DNA from: a virus
Lineage: Duplodnaviria; Caudoviricetes
DNA: 64,000 nt
Strand: one strand, 5' to 3'
IMG/VR virus record: IMGVR_UViG_3300033121_001571
Shown here: piece by piece, positions 30,755-41,399 of the stretch
Layout of the letters: each line of letters begins with the position of its first letter
How positions within the stretch are numbered: position 1 is the first letter of the stretch
Translations under genes and position numbers: made by a program
The notes under the pieces: model-generated
What the model saw: the letters and a program-made list of their open reading frames with translations, nothing else
Databases searched by the model: none
What the model was told of the DNA's origin: nothing

Positions 30755-33700
30755 TGTCTGATAAATCATCTAGACAACCTCCTACACAAGATTTTTCTCA
30801 ATACACAGTCACTAGATATTCAAATTCTGAATCTGGACTTTTGAAAGTTCCACAAAGAAACTTTCAGCAAATTACAGGGTCTGCAGGAGCAAGTTATGCC
30901 ATTGATCAGCTGTCGGGAATATATTCTATAGGATTTCCTTTTAAGTTCTTTGATAAGACATATTTGAAGTTTCACGTATCAACTGCTGGTTGGTTAGTCT
31001 TAGTGGATCCTCAATTTGGAACTATGAACGATAACTACACTAACGTTTTAGACTACAACATTGATGATCCTGAAGGGATCACATTCGGTTCAGTAAGTAG
31101 TTTTTACGTGATGTTAGCAGTATGGTTTGATAGTCTAAGAAATTTAGCAGAAAAAGCTAATGACGTATCACCAACGTTTGGTGCTACTAAAATTGCTAGA
31201 ATAAATGCAGGTCTCGAACCGGGAAATCAAAGAGTCAACGGTACAAGATATGGAATAAGTTACTGTGTTGAAGATTCTTCATTTGGTAGACGTTTGATTG
31301 TAAGATGGCGATCTGGCGCTTCTTCTTCATTAATGCGATCAAATCTTGAATTTGAGTGTGTTTTGTATGAAAATGGTACGATTGAATATCGATATCCTCC
31401 AAAAAGTTCTCTAACTTTAGCATCTACAGCAAATGAAAGTGCTTGCATTGGTATTTTCCCACAGTTTCAATATACATTTAGAGATCTTTCAGATGGCCTT
31501 GGTTACAAAGATAACCAAAGACAAATCTACAATAAAGGCGGGTACACATATACTTCATCTTATGGTGACGGTGGCACAGGTGTACCTTGGACTGTTTCGT
31601 TACAGTCGTACATTAATTGGCCTGGTGGAGAAAATTGGGGTACAACATACGTTATTTCTCCACAAAAACAAAGAAGAAAAATATTACCTCGCCTAGACAT
31701 CAAAAAACCTGAAGTAAATGTTAGACGTCTTGGAAAAAAGAAAGACATAACTGGTAAAATTTACGTTGATTCTATGTTTGATGACAGAACATCTGAGATA
31801 TTTTCAGGTGCAATAACCGTTGATCCAACGATTGGCTTTAATCGTTTAAAAGCAAATGCTACACATATCGATATATCACAAAATCAAAATCTGTTTTTGC
31901 ACAATGATTCTTTGTTTATCACACAATCAACGTCAAAATTTGCTCAAGAACAACTGATCTTTAACGAAAAATCTGGTAGAATTTCACCGTTTTCTGAAGT
32001 AAATCTTTATGAGAATTCTCCAAATTTTAGTTCTGGATCTTTCTTTGTTTCGGGCACACAAATAACTGAAGTTGGTGATGGGTTATCACAATCACTTAGA
32101 TCTAAATCAAAGATCAAAATCAACTTGTCAGTAGAAAACAACGTTGTTGTTTTACCAGAAACAGCATCAATGTACTACTATAACAGAAATATGCACACGT
32201 GGAACATACCCGTAAATTCTAGTTACACAATCACCAACACTAGCACAACAAACAACTCTGGAATTTCAAAGGGTGATCTTGCAAACCCAACCGTAGATTC
32301 TTCTAACATCAGATTGCTGGAAGATGCGAGAGGATGGGGACCAGTCGGTAACACGGTCACTTCTGGTACAGTTAGTCCTGGTTCAACTGAAGCTCAAACT
32401 GATGAAGTTATTAACTCAACATTTTCACTCAACAACGTTTCTATTGCGTTGACTCAAGAACTGAACAACTCTATCACAAAAAATGCAAATTACGAAGCAG
32501 CAAAACAAGAACTTATTCCTATAGACATTGATTATCCGTTTGTTGTAGAAAAAGCAACAATCGATATTCCACTTTGTTTTGGTTCAAGGTGGTTCTTAGA
32601 TAAGACTTCTACATTTATTCCTCTTGAAACTAGAACAGGAAATAACTTTGATTTTGGTGGTCCAGCACTTACTGTTGGTCTTATGTGTCAACACAAATTT
32701 GCAACAGGTTCTCTAAGAGACGTAATATTGACGGGCACTATCACACATGCAAATGATAACGTTTCTAACATTGTTTTCTCAAATTTCCCTGATATCACTC
32801 TGTCGCCAGAGTCTGGAACTTATCAGATTAGAAGAGAGGGATTTCTAGCATTTTCCTCTAATCCTTCAGCGGTAATTCCGTACACGGGTGGAGCATTTTC
32901 TGGTACTGTTTCTATGAACCTAGAAGCGCAAGTTTCAAATGGCGTTTCAACTGTGTTGAAGATGCGGATGAATAGTAGCAACACTGCGATAAACAGATCT
33001 GGTGTTTTAGATCTGTTTAATTTGCGTGAAATAGACCTTGCGTCATCTTATGCATCTTTAATCACTCAATCTGTAAGAATTGGTTATGTCAATAACTTTG
33101 GTAGAGCAGGCACTGGATTTGAACCATCATGTCGCTCTATATTTGGAAAAGAATTCACGACATATCAAAATTCAAGTAGTAAATCTAGAAATCCTTTCTT
33201 TTTGACTGAATCAAATGGCACTATGACATTTGGAAACCTTTTTAACACTATGCCATCTTATTACAGGCACTTTGCAAATAACATTTGTAGCGGTTCAAGA
33301 TTTATTGCACACACCGTTGTGCCGCTTCAGACAACAAAACCATCTCCTTATCTCTTGCTTCCAGGAGATAAACTTGTTCTTGCATTGTCAAAGACAAAAC
33401 CATTCATGTTTTCTAGTTTATCAAATTGGACATCAGGAACTGTAACCCACGATGTCACATTGATGACTGGAACAATATCAATCACTCTTTATGGATCATA
33501 TCTAAGAGAAAACAAAGAAATTTCTATAGAAACAGATAAAACATATCAAACAGATGATGTCTTCACGGTTATTGGTGATGAACCAGTTCTTGATGAATTT
33601 GATTTTAACTACAGTCTTGCGTATGCAAGTAGCACTTTTGACGATTACGTCGCTGGTGATATGATTTCTAGATACAGAACGCCTGATGGTTCTGTAAAAT

Positions 33701-34947
33701 TTGTAACTGGTTCAATACTTGGATTTGTAAATGGCTCACCAAACAGCTACGGTACAAGAGGAAGAGTCTTCGGCAAAAATTCTGCTAGGTATAGTTCTCA
33801 GCCTGGGACAACACTATTTGATTTTACACGCTCTAGAAGCTATAGAGCGCAACCTAATATCGAACGAGCAGGATATAGTAACATTTCTCAACACGATTGC
33901 ACGAGTGAAAGGTATTGGGACTCTTGTGTACCGTCATTCGATCAGTGCATGTCGAGAGATTCTACTGGAATATTTGTTTTCGCGTCACAGTCACAAGCAG
34001 GCGTGATTGGTGATCTAACAACAACTGATCAAGACTGTGGTTATCTTCTATTTGATTTTATCTTGTCTGGGTGGAATGACTCAATTCATCCAGTTGTTAA
34101 CTCCAACTGGACAAAAGCATATCCTTTTGAACCAAGATATTCAACGGTTATTCGTCAAGAGACTCCAAGTAAAATTTTCACAGCAAATTATTCTATGACA
34201 GTAGCAGGTACAAGTCCTAACTTTACTTACGCTCTGTCTTCTATTGCAAGAAAACAAGTCACTGGCCTTTTCTTTGGTCCTGTGGGAACTAGAAATCCAA
34301 GCGTCCCATCGATTGATCCTGTTGTTAACAACCCATCTTCATATAACCCAAGAAATTTGATTGTAAGTGATGCGTTTTTAGTTTCAGATGGTGCAACTAC
34401 AAATTTGACTACATCTGTTGGAAGTAACGATTTCTTGAAATGTGTGTATGGATTTGGTGATCTTAACACAATGATGTCAACAAGTCTTGGCACCGGAAAC
34501 ACAGTTATAGGAACAAATCACTTTGCAGATTTTAGAAATAAGTTTTTAGACACAAACAACTTTGGTACTAATTTTTCAGTATCGCCTGTCATAAGAGGAT
34601 GGAAATATGGTCTTGTTTCTGCAACTCCAACGTTCACTAAGTGTGTCTTCAGAAGAAATAAATTTGGACAATTTAGAGACATGCTTGAACAAAGAGTTTA
34701 CACTAGGTTCAACAATCCAAGTGAAAGCGATATATCAACATCACCAGTAACTATTCGATTTGTAAAACCTGATGGCACAACAACAGATCCAGAAAACACT
34801 TGGTCTCAAAATGTGAGCACAGAAGCTACGTCTTCTGTTCCTTATTTTGACGGAGAGACAAGAAACAGACAAGAAGTTAATCCTCAGATTGTCAATTCTT
34901 CGATAGTAACAGTCAAGTTAGCGACAAACAACTTAGTTGAGATATGA
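30754..34947 (+). CDS. Large Ser/Thr/Gly-rich structural protein (1397 aa)
   Basis: IGFPFKFF...STAGWL beta-rich N-terminus; GQFRDMLEQR near C-terminus. Confidence 0.65.
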   Translation: MSDKSSRQPPTQDFSQYTVTRYSNSESGLLKVPQRNFQQITGSAGASYAIDQLSGIYSIGFPFKFFDKTYLKFHVSTAGWLVLVDPQFGTMNDNYTNVLDYNIDDPEGITFGSVSSFYVMLAVWFDSLRNLAEKANDVSPTFGATKIARINAGLEPGNQRVNGTRYGISYCVEDSSFGRRLIVRWRSGASSSLMRSNLEFECVLYENGTIEYRYPPKSSLTLASTANESACIGIFPQFQYTFRDLSDGLGYKDNQRQIYNKGGYTYTSSYGDGGTGVPWTVSLQSYINWPGGENWGTTYVISPQKQRRKILPRLDIKKPEVNVRRLGKKKDITGKIYVDSMFDDRTSEIFSGAITVDPTIGFNRLKANATHIDISQNQNLFLHNDSLFITQSTSKFAQEQLIFNEKSGRISPFSEVNLYENSPNFSSGSFFVSGTQITEVGDGLSQSLRSKSKIKINLSVENNVVVLPETASMYYYNRNMHTWNIPVNSSYTITNTSTTNNSGISKGDLANPTVDSSNIRLLEDARGWGPVGNTVTSGTVSPGSTEAQTDEVINSTFSLNNVSIALTQELNNSITKNANYEAAKQELIPIDIDYPFVVEKATIDIPLCFGSRWFLDKTSTFIPLETRTGNNFDFGGPALTVGLMCQHKFATGSLRDVILTGTITHANDNVSNIVFSNFPDITLSPESGTYQIRREGFLAFSSNPSAVIPYTGGAFSGTVSMNLEAQVSNGVSTVLKMRMNSSNTAINRSGVLDLFNLREIDLASSYASLITQSVRIGYVNNFGRAGTGFEPSCRSIFGKEFTTYQNSSSKSRNPFFLTESNGTMTFGNLFNTMPSYYRHFANNICSGSRFIAHTVVPLQTTKPSPYLLLPGDKLVLALSKTKPFMFSSLSNWTSGTVTHDVTLMTGTISITLYGSYLRENKEISIETDKTYQTDDVFTVIGDEPVLDEFDFNYSLAYASSTFDDYVAGDMISRYRTPDGSVKFVTGSILGFVNGSPNSYGTRGRVFGKNSARYSSQPGTTLFDFTRSRSYRAQPNIERAGYSNISQHDCTSERYWDSCVPSFDQCMSRDSTGIFVFASQSQAGVIGDLTTTDQDCGYLLFDFILSGWNDSIHPVVNSNWTKAYPFEPRYSTVIRQETPSKIFTANYSMTVAGTSPNFTYALSSIARKQVTGLFFGPVGTRNPSVPSIDPVVNNPSSYNPRNLIVSDAFLVSDGATTNLTTSVGSNDFLKCVYGFGDLNTMMSTSLGTGNTVIGTNHFADFRNKFLDTNNFGTNFSVSPVIRGWKYGLVSATPTFTKCVFRRNKFGQFRDMLEQRVYTRFNNPSESDISTSPVTIRFVKPDGTTTDPENTWSQNVSTEATSSVPYFDGETRNRQEVNPQIVNSSIVTVKLATNNLVEI

Positions 34948-36185
34948 CCGTTAAGACACTAGACGTAAATGAGTCAATCTTTGTCGTAGTAAAAGACAAC
35001 ATTACTAACGAAATATCTAGAGTTGCAATCCAACATGACACTCAAGTTGGATTAAAAAATAAACCATCTGAATTATCTTTGCATGGTCGATTATCGTATA
35101 AAGTACGAGAATTTAAAACAGATAGCAAGAATGATGGCAATTGTTACGTTGATCCAAATGATTGCGTCATACTCGTGTATGTTGATAAAGTTCCTGTTTC
35201 TAGTAAAGTAAATGTTTATCTTCCAGAGTCTTGTCGCAATGGACAAACTATTACTATTAAAGATTCATCATTTACAGCAAATGTTTATCCCATAAATGTT
35301 TATGCTAAAGACTCACAAATTGATCAATTTAGTTCACACACTGTATCTGACGTTGGGTCAACTTGTACTTTTGTTTTTTATGATACAAGATGGTATATCA
35401 TCAATTCTGGAATAGCTACGTATTTAACTGGTACAAGTGGAGGCAGCGGAGCACCAACAAATGCTTCTTATTTAGTTCTTGGCACTAATGCTTCTCTCAC
35501 GAATGAGAGATTATTTTCAGCAAGCAACGGATTAATTGGCACAGATTACGGAGCAAATGTTAGATACGCTCTTGAAATAAACCAAAGCATTGTTCCAACG
35601 TTCACAGCTTCTATTAACAGTTTTACTGGAATTTTGTCTGCTGAAAATGGATTTTCTGGATCATTAACGAGATTAACAAGTGGAATTTCATATATCCAAG
35701 CTGGTACTGGTATCTCTGTTGTATCACAAAGTAATGGTTCAATCACAATATCATCGACGGTGTCAGGAAGTCAGTTAAATCCTGTGCCTTTCATAGTACC
35801 CATATTGAATAGCAGAACAACAGTGTCTACTAACGTTTTTGATGATGTTGCAGCATTTGAATTTAATCCAACAGGAATAGAGACTATGGCTCCCAGTGGT
35901 AGCACTAGATGGTCAGCATTCTTTAGACCGATTGTAGAGGTTTATCCAACTGGATCTGTTGTAGAAACTCGCTTGTATAACGTCACCGCAAGCCGAGTTG
36001 TTACGAATTCTTTGTTGTCTAGTTCTGCAATGACTGTGACTCGGTTGTCAAGTAGAGATCTAACAGGAAGTCTAGCAAATGGAACAAATTTATACACGAT
36101 GCAGATGCGTCTTCAGTCTGGCGGACAAAATGTTTTTGCAACTGCAAAAGGCGCGTCTTTGTTTGTAACTTGGTTTTTTTCATAA
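34944..36185 (+). CDS. Tail-fibre-like protein
   Basis: LP...GQTITIKD module; GAPTNASYLVL...LTNER; AGTGISV. Confidence 0.6.
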   Translation: MTVKTLDVNESIFVVVKDNITNEISRVAIQHDTQVGLKNKPSELSLHGRLSYKVREFKTDSKNDGNCYVDPNDCVILVYVDKVPVSSKVNVYLPESCRNGQTITIKDSSFTANVYPINVYAKDSQIDQFSSHTVSDVGSTCTFVFYDTRWYIINSGIATYLTGTSGGSGAPTNASYLVLGTNASLTNERLFSASNGLIGTDYGANVRYALEINQSIVPTFTASINSFTGILSAENGFSGSLTRLTSGISYIQAGTGISVVSQSNGSITISSTVSGSQLNPVPFIVPILNSRTTVSTNVFDDVAAFEFNPTGIETMAPSGSTRWSAFFRPIVEVYPTGSVVETRLYNVTASRVVTNSLLSSSAMTVTRLSSRDLTGSLANGTNLYTMQMRLQSGGQNVFATAKGASLFVTWFFS

Positions 36186-36204
36186 TTAGATTAGAAGGGT
36201 TTAG

Positions 36205-37353
36205 ATGGCAGGTCCAATAGTCGGCACGATTGAACACTACTTTGCAGGTGCGGGTTTAACTACGGCATCAGTGCAGACGTTTTTTGTCAACTGTTACAAC
36301 TTTTTAAATAACAACACGGGATCACTTGGTGTTCAGAGAATTGCTTTTAACACTGGTTCACAAGACACTGGTATGACGTTGACAAGAGGTATGAATTTTT
36401 ATGATCAATCAAATCCTGCAGGTCAGAACGCATTTGCTTGTTTTAGATTCTTAAGCGCATCAGTACCGTTTGATGTGCTAATTCAGTGGACGGGTGGATC
36501 TGCGGCAGGAACAGCCCCAGGTGCACCAGCACAAATAAATGGATCTACGCCAACAAACACATTTGGCATTGCTTTTGCACAAAGATCTGGAAGTACAGCT
36601 TGGGGTGGTACAACTGGAAATGCTGGGTCTGATGCAAAATCAACACCAGTTTGGACATCTGGTGCTGTTGAACAAGCGTACTATCCAAGAAGTAATGATG
36701 GCGTTAGAGCTGGAACTCACGCTGCATCAAGACAAAACATGATGGGTTTCAGCGTTGGTTCTTCAACTGATTATAGAGCACATTTCATAGCTGATTATGA
36801 TCACTTAGCTATACTTTATGACGCTGGTGCAGATGGAACATATGATATGATATTTTTTGGAACTTACACGCCTATGTCAGGATTGAGTCCAACTATTCCA
36901 TACTTTGCATTCCATGCAAATGCATCTATAGCCCCTGCAGCCGCGACAGCATATGGAACAACAGTGGGAAACGTTCCAAATGGTGCTGTGCCGTATCCTA
37001 ACACAGCAGTATCTGGCACTTGTTCTGTTGGATTTGATCGTTTAGGTACTGGGTTTTTACAAAACTCAAACGCTCAAGCAAATAAAGCATTTGCAACTCC
37101 ACGTTGGGATGAGTTTCCTGTCGTTGTTGGCATATTTGAGTCGCCTTCACAAGTTGGAATGTTGGGACAACACAACACTTTTCTTAGAGAAGTCTATAAC
37201 ATAGCAGTGCATGACACAAATGGTGATGGTTCTAGAGCGGTGTTTGGATCGTCACTGACATTAGCAACTGTCAAGATGACACTGCCATTTCACACTGGCA
37301 CGACGCCAGGTTCAGGTGTCACAAGAACTGGTGTTCGTTTTAGCGTACCTTGA
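36205..37353 (+). CDS. Gly/Ala/Thr-rich putative virion protein
   Basis: Composition and context. Confidence 0.55.
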   Translation: MAGPIVGTIEHYFAGAGLTTASVQTFFVNCYNFLNNNTGSLGVQRIAFNTGSQDTGMTLTRGMNFYDQSNPAGQNAFACFRFLSASVPFDVLIQWTGGSAAGTAPGAPAQINGSTPTNTFGIAFAQRSGSTAWGGTTGNAGSDAKSTPVWTSGAVEQAYYPRSNDGVRAGTHAASRQNMMGFSVGSSTDYRAHFIADYDHLAILYDAGADGTYDMIFFGTYTPMSGLSPTIPYFAFHANASIAPAAATAYGTTVGNVPNGAVPYPNTAVSGTCSVGFDRLGTGFLQNSNAQANKAFATPRWDEFPVVVGIFESPSQVGMLGQHNTFLREVYNIAVHDTNGDGSRAVFGSSLTLATVKMTLPFHTGTTPGSGVTRTGVRFSVP

Positions 37354-37363
37354 TTGGAACAAA

Positions 37364-37600
37364 ATGGCAGCTAGAAACACCGGTTCAATAGGAACACTTA
37401 ACATCACAAATGTTAATAACCTTGGTGATAGAAACTTTAATATCGTGCAGACAACTGTACAAAGTGTATTGTATAAGATGAGAGGTTATAACGCTAGCAC
37501 AACTCAATTTGAACATTGGGTCTCATATTCACCAACAACTCCGCCACCGTCTGGTGCAAGTCTTCAGAACATAGCAATTGCAGTTATTTTGACTATTTGA
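37364..37600 (+). CDS. Small putative virion protein
   Basis: ATG 37364 after GGA; last gene of the + strand block. Confidence 0.5.
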   Translation: MAARNTGSIGTLNITNVNNLGDRNFNIVQTTVQSVLYKMRGYNASTTQFEHWVSYSPTTPPPSGASLQNIAIAVILTI

Positions 37601-37733
37601 TCTCAACTTCAACTAATTGAAGTTGTAAGTCAAGAAGTCTGAAATTTTCGATCTTTTCTTCTTCAGAAGATTTTGGTTCTTGGTTTACAACAATCACATC
37701 ATCTTGGTCGTTAAAAAGATCAATGATCACCAT
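37593..37733 (-). CDS. Small acidic ORF (46 aa, MVIIDLFND...)
   Basis: Read manually; ATACTTA lies 5 nt upstream of the ATG. Confidence 0.35.
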   Translation of the reverse strand: MVIIDLFNDQDDVIVVNQEPKSSEEEKIENFRLLDLQLQLVEVEIK

Positions 37734-37793
37734 GTTTTTAAGTATCTCCTTAATTCCTCTCAGTGACACACAGAATATTCATTACACTTGGCT

Positions 37794-38996
37794 TTAGGTA
37801 CCCTCACCCACCGCTCGAAGAATATTCTGTGCCGCCCCTGAGGGGAGGCAACCGTCCTTTAACAGGCTCTGGATATACTCTGAACTCGAGGTGAACTTCT
37901 TGTCATACATCAAGAACATTGGTGTAGTCCACACTCCGCTTTTGAGAACCAGTTCTGCAAAGTGTTTCTTGCTGACGGCTTCAGCTCGAAATTCGTGAAA
38001 CAAATGATCGATTTCTAGAAGAGTCTTTGCAAGTTTTGCTCTGATTCTGTTGATGTTGTTAACGGTTTCTGAATCTAGAAGAGGAATAACATCATCAATT
38101 GTGTTGTTAACGATAGCTTCAATCAAGTTTTTCTTCGAAGCACACACGTTACTCTTTGCTCTAGACAGCAAATTCCACGATGGGTGTTTGATCTTCAGTC
38201 TGTTGAAGTTTTTGTCTACGACAACAACGCCTTCGAATTTAGAAGGATCATTTGAATTGACGTAGTCAATGATCTCTTTCGTGAAACGAAGATTCCAACT
38301 ACGTGGAATTGGAATCATATCAGATAGTTTTTCGATGTTTTCTTCTTTTCCGTCAGAATTTCTGATAGCTAGAAGCGTCACTCTAGTGTCTGGGTAGAAC
38401 ACTACTACTTGATTGTAGGGCGATGTCAGTTCGAATACGTAAGTTTTTTCTTTGTCAAAGTTTGACATCCACTCTTCGTAAGAAAGAGTCAACTTCAAAG
38501 ATTCGAATGTGTTTTGTAATCCCTTGAAGAACAGATCACTAAAAGTGATATCTTGATCATTGATTGGAAGATCTGCTTCCGAAATCGATCTTGTGGCTAC
38601 GAACCATTTGTTCGTATCGAAATACATTGAACACATAGTGCCGTCAAGTTTTTCGAAAACTTTAGAAGAATTCCAATCAATTTGTGCCGCTGCAGGGTCA
38701 CCATAGTTAAAAAATCGGTTCAATGGCCAATTGATCACGTAACCGTCAATATTGATATTTTGCCAACTTGAGGGATTTTCTTTGATTCTTTTGCAAGAAT
38801 CATCAGATAGTTTGATAACAACGCCTCGACACGAGGATGCAATATTGTCTTCATTTTTAGCAGTGAGCATGTCATAATTTAAAGACACTTTTGTCTTGTC
38901 GTTTGATAGTTTTGCACACACTCCATGGTTTTCCTCTAGAGAATTTAGAGTGTTACAACGAAGAAAATCAAGCACAATGTGATTTGTGTTTTTCAC
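37794..38996 (-). CDS. RNA ligase, T4 Rnl1 family
   Basis: CRG, RFFNYG, EKLDGT (motif I), FELTSPYN, EGVVV, RLKIK; likely GTG start at 38996. Confidence 0.88.
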   Translation of the reverse strand: MKNTNHIVLDFLRCNTLNSLEENHGVCAKLSNDKTKVSLNYDMLTAKNEDNIASSCRGVVIKLSDDSCKRIKENPSSWQNINIDGYVINWPLNRFFNYGDPAAAQIDWNSSKVFEKLDGTMCSMYFDTNKWFVATRSISEADLPINDQDITFSDLFFKGLQNTFESLKLTLSYEEWMSNFDKEKTYVFELTSPYNQVVVFYPDTRVTLLAIRNSDGKEENIEKLSDMIPIPRSWNLRFTKEIIDYVNSNDPSKFEGVVVVDKNFNRLKIKHPSWNLLSRAKSNVCASKKNLIEAIVNNTIDDVIPLLDSETVNNINRIRAKLAKTLLEIDHLFHEFRAEAVSKKHFAELVLKSGVWTTPMFLMYDKKFTSSSEYIQSLLKDGCLPSGAAQNILRAVGEGT

Positions 38997-39420
38997 GTGT
39001 CTTCTTTTTGCAGATTGTCTTACGACAGATAGCACCTTTTGCCGTAATACCACACAGGGTTTTAAGGTTCACTTGAAAAGTACGGTGTGTTGTCTTCTTG
39101 TGAGTGTCGTGTGTTAAGACAAATTCAACAAAAGAATCTTTTTCTCGAGAAACATAGATCAACTTAGCGATATCATTAGCTTTTTTGTAATCTAGATCTT
39201 GGATCTCTACACAATATAGGTTTTGTTTTTTATCAGTGCTGTTGTGTACACACCAAGTTCCGTTTTTTGTATCATATACTTTTGCTATGTCTTCTAATAA
39301 AATTCTGATTTTTCTGACAGAAAGTCTGTAAGCATTGTGAGAAAAATAGAAACACAGTAACCTCAGTTTTGAGGTTGTTTTTCTTACGAAGACTTTGTTT
39401 AAGTTTGTTCTATACGCCAT
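38968..39420 (-). CDS. Hypothetical protein
   Basis: ORF track, co-oriented. Confidence 0.45.
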   Translation of the reverse strand: MAYRTNLNKVFVRKTTSKLRLLCFYFSHNAYRLSVRKIRILLEDIAKVYDTKNGTWCVHNSTDKKQNLYCVEIQDLDYKKANDIAKLIYVSREKDSFVEFVLTHDTHKKTTHRTFQVNLKTLCGITAKGAICRKTICKKKTREKHKSHCA

Positions 39421-39443
39421 AGATGTTTTTGAGTGATTAGAGA

Positions 39444-39755
39444 TCAGTTTTTTTCTATTGTTGAAAACAATTCGTGCATTGAAGCCAAATAACGAACTTC
39501 TTCAGCGCAATCTAATTCTTCATAATCACCTTCTGAATTTCTCTTTTTGACTATATTTTCAGCAGCACACTTGTCACAAGTGTGTGTCTTGTCAATTTTG
39601 TTGATCAATGTGGAAACTGACTCGTTGCAATACAAACACTGATCTAGTTTTACCATAATGACTTTAATGAGTTTTATCATAGTAGAAGCAAACACCTTGA
39701 TTGATTCTTGGTTCTTTAGGAGAAGATCTAATACTTTCTTAGTATCATCATTCAT
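39444..39755 (-). CDS. Hypothetical Zn-binding protein (MNDDTKK...)
   Basis: CxxC...CxxC; ORF-track start lies inside tRNA-Gly, so trimmed. Confidence 0.5.
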   Translation of the reverse strand: MNDDTKKVLDLLLKNQESIKVFASTMIKLIKVIMVKLDQCLYCNESVSTLINKIDKTHTCDKCAAENIVKKRNSEGDYEELDCAEEVRYLASMHELFSTIEKN

Positions 39756-39830
39756 GGAGCAGACGATCGGACTTGAACCGACACCATGCAGCTTGGAAGG
39801 CTGCAGCCCTACCAATTAGACCACGTCTGC
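39755..39830 (-). tRNA. tRNA-Gly(TCC)
   Basis: Cloverleaf, loop CT-TCC-AA, encoded CCA. Confidence 0.92.
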
Positions 39831-39831
39831 G

Positions 39832-39906
39832 TGGAGCAGGTGAAGGGAATCGAACCCTTGAAGTTCTCCCTGGCAAGGAGATGCACTACCATTATGCGAC
39901 ACCTGC
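39832..39906 (-). tRNA. tRNA-Gly(GCC)
   Basis: Loop TT-GCC-AG, CCA. Confidence 0.92.
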
Positions 39907-40317
39907 TTGTGTCTTATAGAATAACTAATACTTTCTAGATAGAGTGTATTGCTCTTCTTTGAGCAATGAAACGATAAATTCCCCTGTCTTACAAGCACTC
40001 TTGTCTTTGACGTACTGATCAACAGAATCAAGTGCTTCTTTGAGAAGTTTCATCTTTTCTTTTTCAGAAGCACCTGCCTCTAAGTGTTCATTGATGTTGC
40101 TGATCGGATTAATCTGACAGATGTAACACATTAGCAGTAAATTTCCTGTACGTTGAAGATTGTTTGTTGACGACAACTTGGGCACGTGTGAACATGCACG
40201 CCTGGACGATAGACCATAAATTGAGGTGGATTATGACTTGGATCATGACATAAATTTTTCCATGTATTTTCTTTTTCTGAATTTTTCAATTTGTTATCTT
40301 TGTTCACAAACACTTTG

Positions 40318-40402
40318 CGGTAACTACAGGATTTGAACCTGTGGACCCTTTCGGATCGCCTGTTTAGCAAACAGGTGCCTTAAGCCTCTCGGCCAAGTTA
40401 CC
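40318..40402 (-). tRNA. tRNA-Ser(GCT)
   Basis: Loop TT-GCT-AA, long variable arm. Confidence 0.92.
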
Positions 40403-40424
40403 AACTTAAATTTCCAACATTTAG

Positions 40425-40510
40425 TGGAAATGGAGGGAGTCGAACCTTCAAGGGCTTTTGACCTCAACTGTTTTCTAGACAGCTGCCATCACCAATTGGC
40501 TTGCACTTCC
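40425..40510 (-). tRNA. tRNA-Ser(AGA), A34
   Basis: Stem GCTGT/ACAGT, loop CT-AGA-AA, long variable arm. Confidence 0.8.
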
Positions 40511-40511
40511 T

Positions 40512-40600
40512 TGGAGGAAACGGTGAGATTCGAACTCACGGATGTTTTTAGCATCTGCGGTTTTCAAGACCGCCGCCTTAAACCACTCGGCCACGTTTCC
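40512..40600 (-). tRNA. tRNA-Ser(TGA)
   Basis: Loop CT-TGA-AA, long variable arm, CCA. Confidence 0.92.
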
Positions 40601-40726
40601 ATTAACTTCAATGATTTTCTGCAGTGTGAGACCAATAACACCAAACACAGATCAACTCTTTGCAGAAGAGGCACTTCCAAACGTCTTTTTCAAAGACATT
40701 TTTTCCGCAGCTGCACTGAACGTATT

Positions 40727-41038
40727 TCAAATGACCTCTTCAAAAACTTCCTCTAGAGAGAGCTCGTATTTGTCGTCATCATTGACTGGAGGTGCATCAT
40801 CTGCTGACGGATCACACAGTCCCGGCGTGATGACGACAAATACGTTATCTTTCACAGTGATGACAACTTCTTGCTGCCCCTGCCTACAAGTGTCGTCCTC
40901 TTTCACAGAATCTGTCTCTACCGCTGACGGTTCTTCTTCGTAGACTACGACATCGTCTACTTTCTTCTTACTAGAGAAACTGTGTGAATTTTCACATGCA
41001 CTCAAGAGAAGAGTAAGTAGAACAATCAGCTTCTTCAT
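40727..41038 (-). CDS. Putative lipoprotein
   Basis: MKKLIVLLTLLLSAC signal peptide II/lipobox. Confidence 0.6.
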   Translation of the reverse strand: MKKLIVLLTLLLSACENSHSFSSKKKVDDVVVYEEEPSAVETDSVKEDDTCRQGQQEVVITVKDNVFVVITPGLCDPSADDAPPVNDDDKYELSLEEVFEEVI

Positions 41039-41059
41039 ATGGATATATTAACACGTTGA

Positions 41060-41320
41060 TCAGCGTTTTTCACTCCTGCGGGAGCTTTTTATTTCTTTTG
41101 CTTCGATTAGCTTCAGAAGTCTTGCTCTCTGTTTTTTTGCACCGACTCCTACTCCGAGCCTGACGTCCAGTTGCTCCAACTGTTGTTCAGCGGAAAGTGA
41201 TCTCCACGCAGCATCTCTCTCTATAGCTTCTTTTCGCTTTAGATCAGTAAGATCTGGTCGAGGACCTCCACCCTTGTACTTTCTATAGTTGTTTTTCTTG
41301 CCACTCTTCAGTATGTCCAT
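41060..41320 (-). CDS. Basic hypothetical protein
   Basis: ATG directly follows the tRNA-Arg 3' end. Confidence 0.55.
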   Translation of the reverse strand: MDILKSGKKNNYRKYKGGGPRPDLTDLKRKEAIERDAAWRSLSAEQQLEQLDVRLGVGVGAKKQRARLLKLIEAKEIKSSRRSEKR

Positions 41321-41322
41321 CG

Positions 41323-41394
41323 CGCTTCCGGCCTGAATTGAACAGGCACACCCAGCTTAGGAGGCTAGTGTTCTCTCCGTTAAACTACGGAAGC
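41323..41394 (-). tRNA. tRNA-Arg(CCT)
   Basis: Loop CT-CCT-AA. Confidence 0.88.
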
Positions 41395-41399
41395 ATCTT

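Noticed and set aside
20253-37600. T6SS or eCIS rather than phage tail
   Set aside because: No T6SS membrane or ClpV components; surrounded by phage-type tRNA arrays, Rnl1 and many small ORFans
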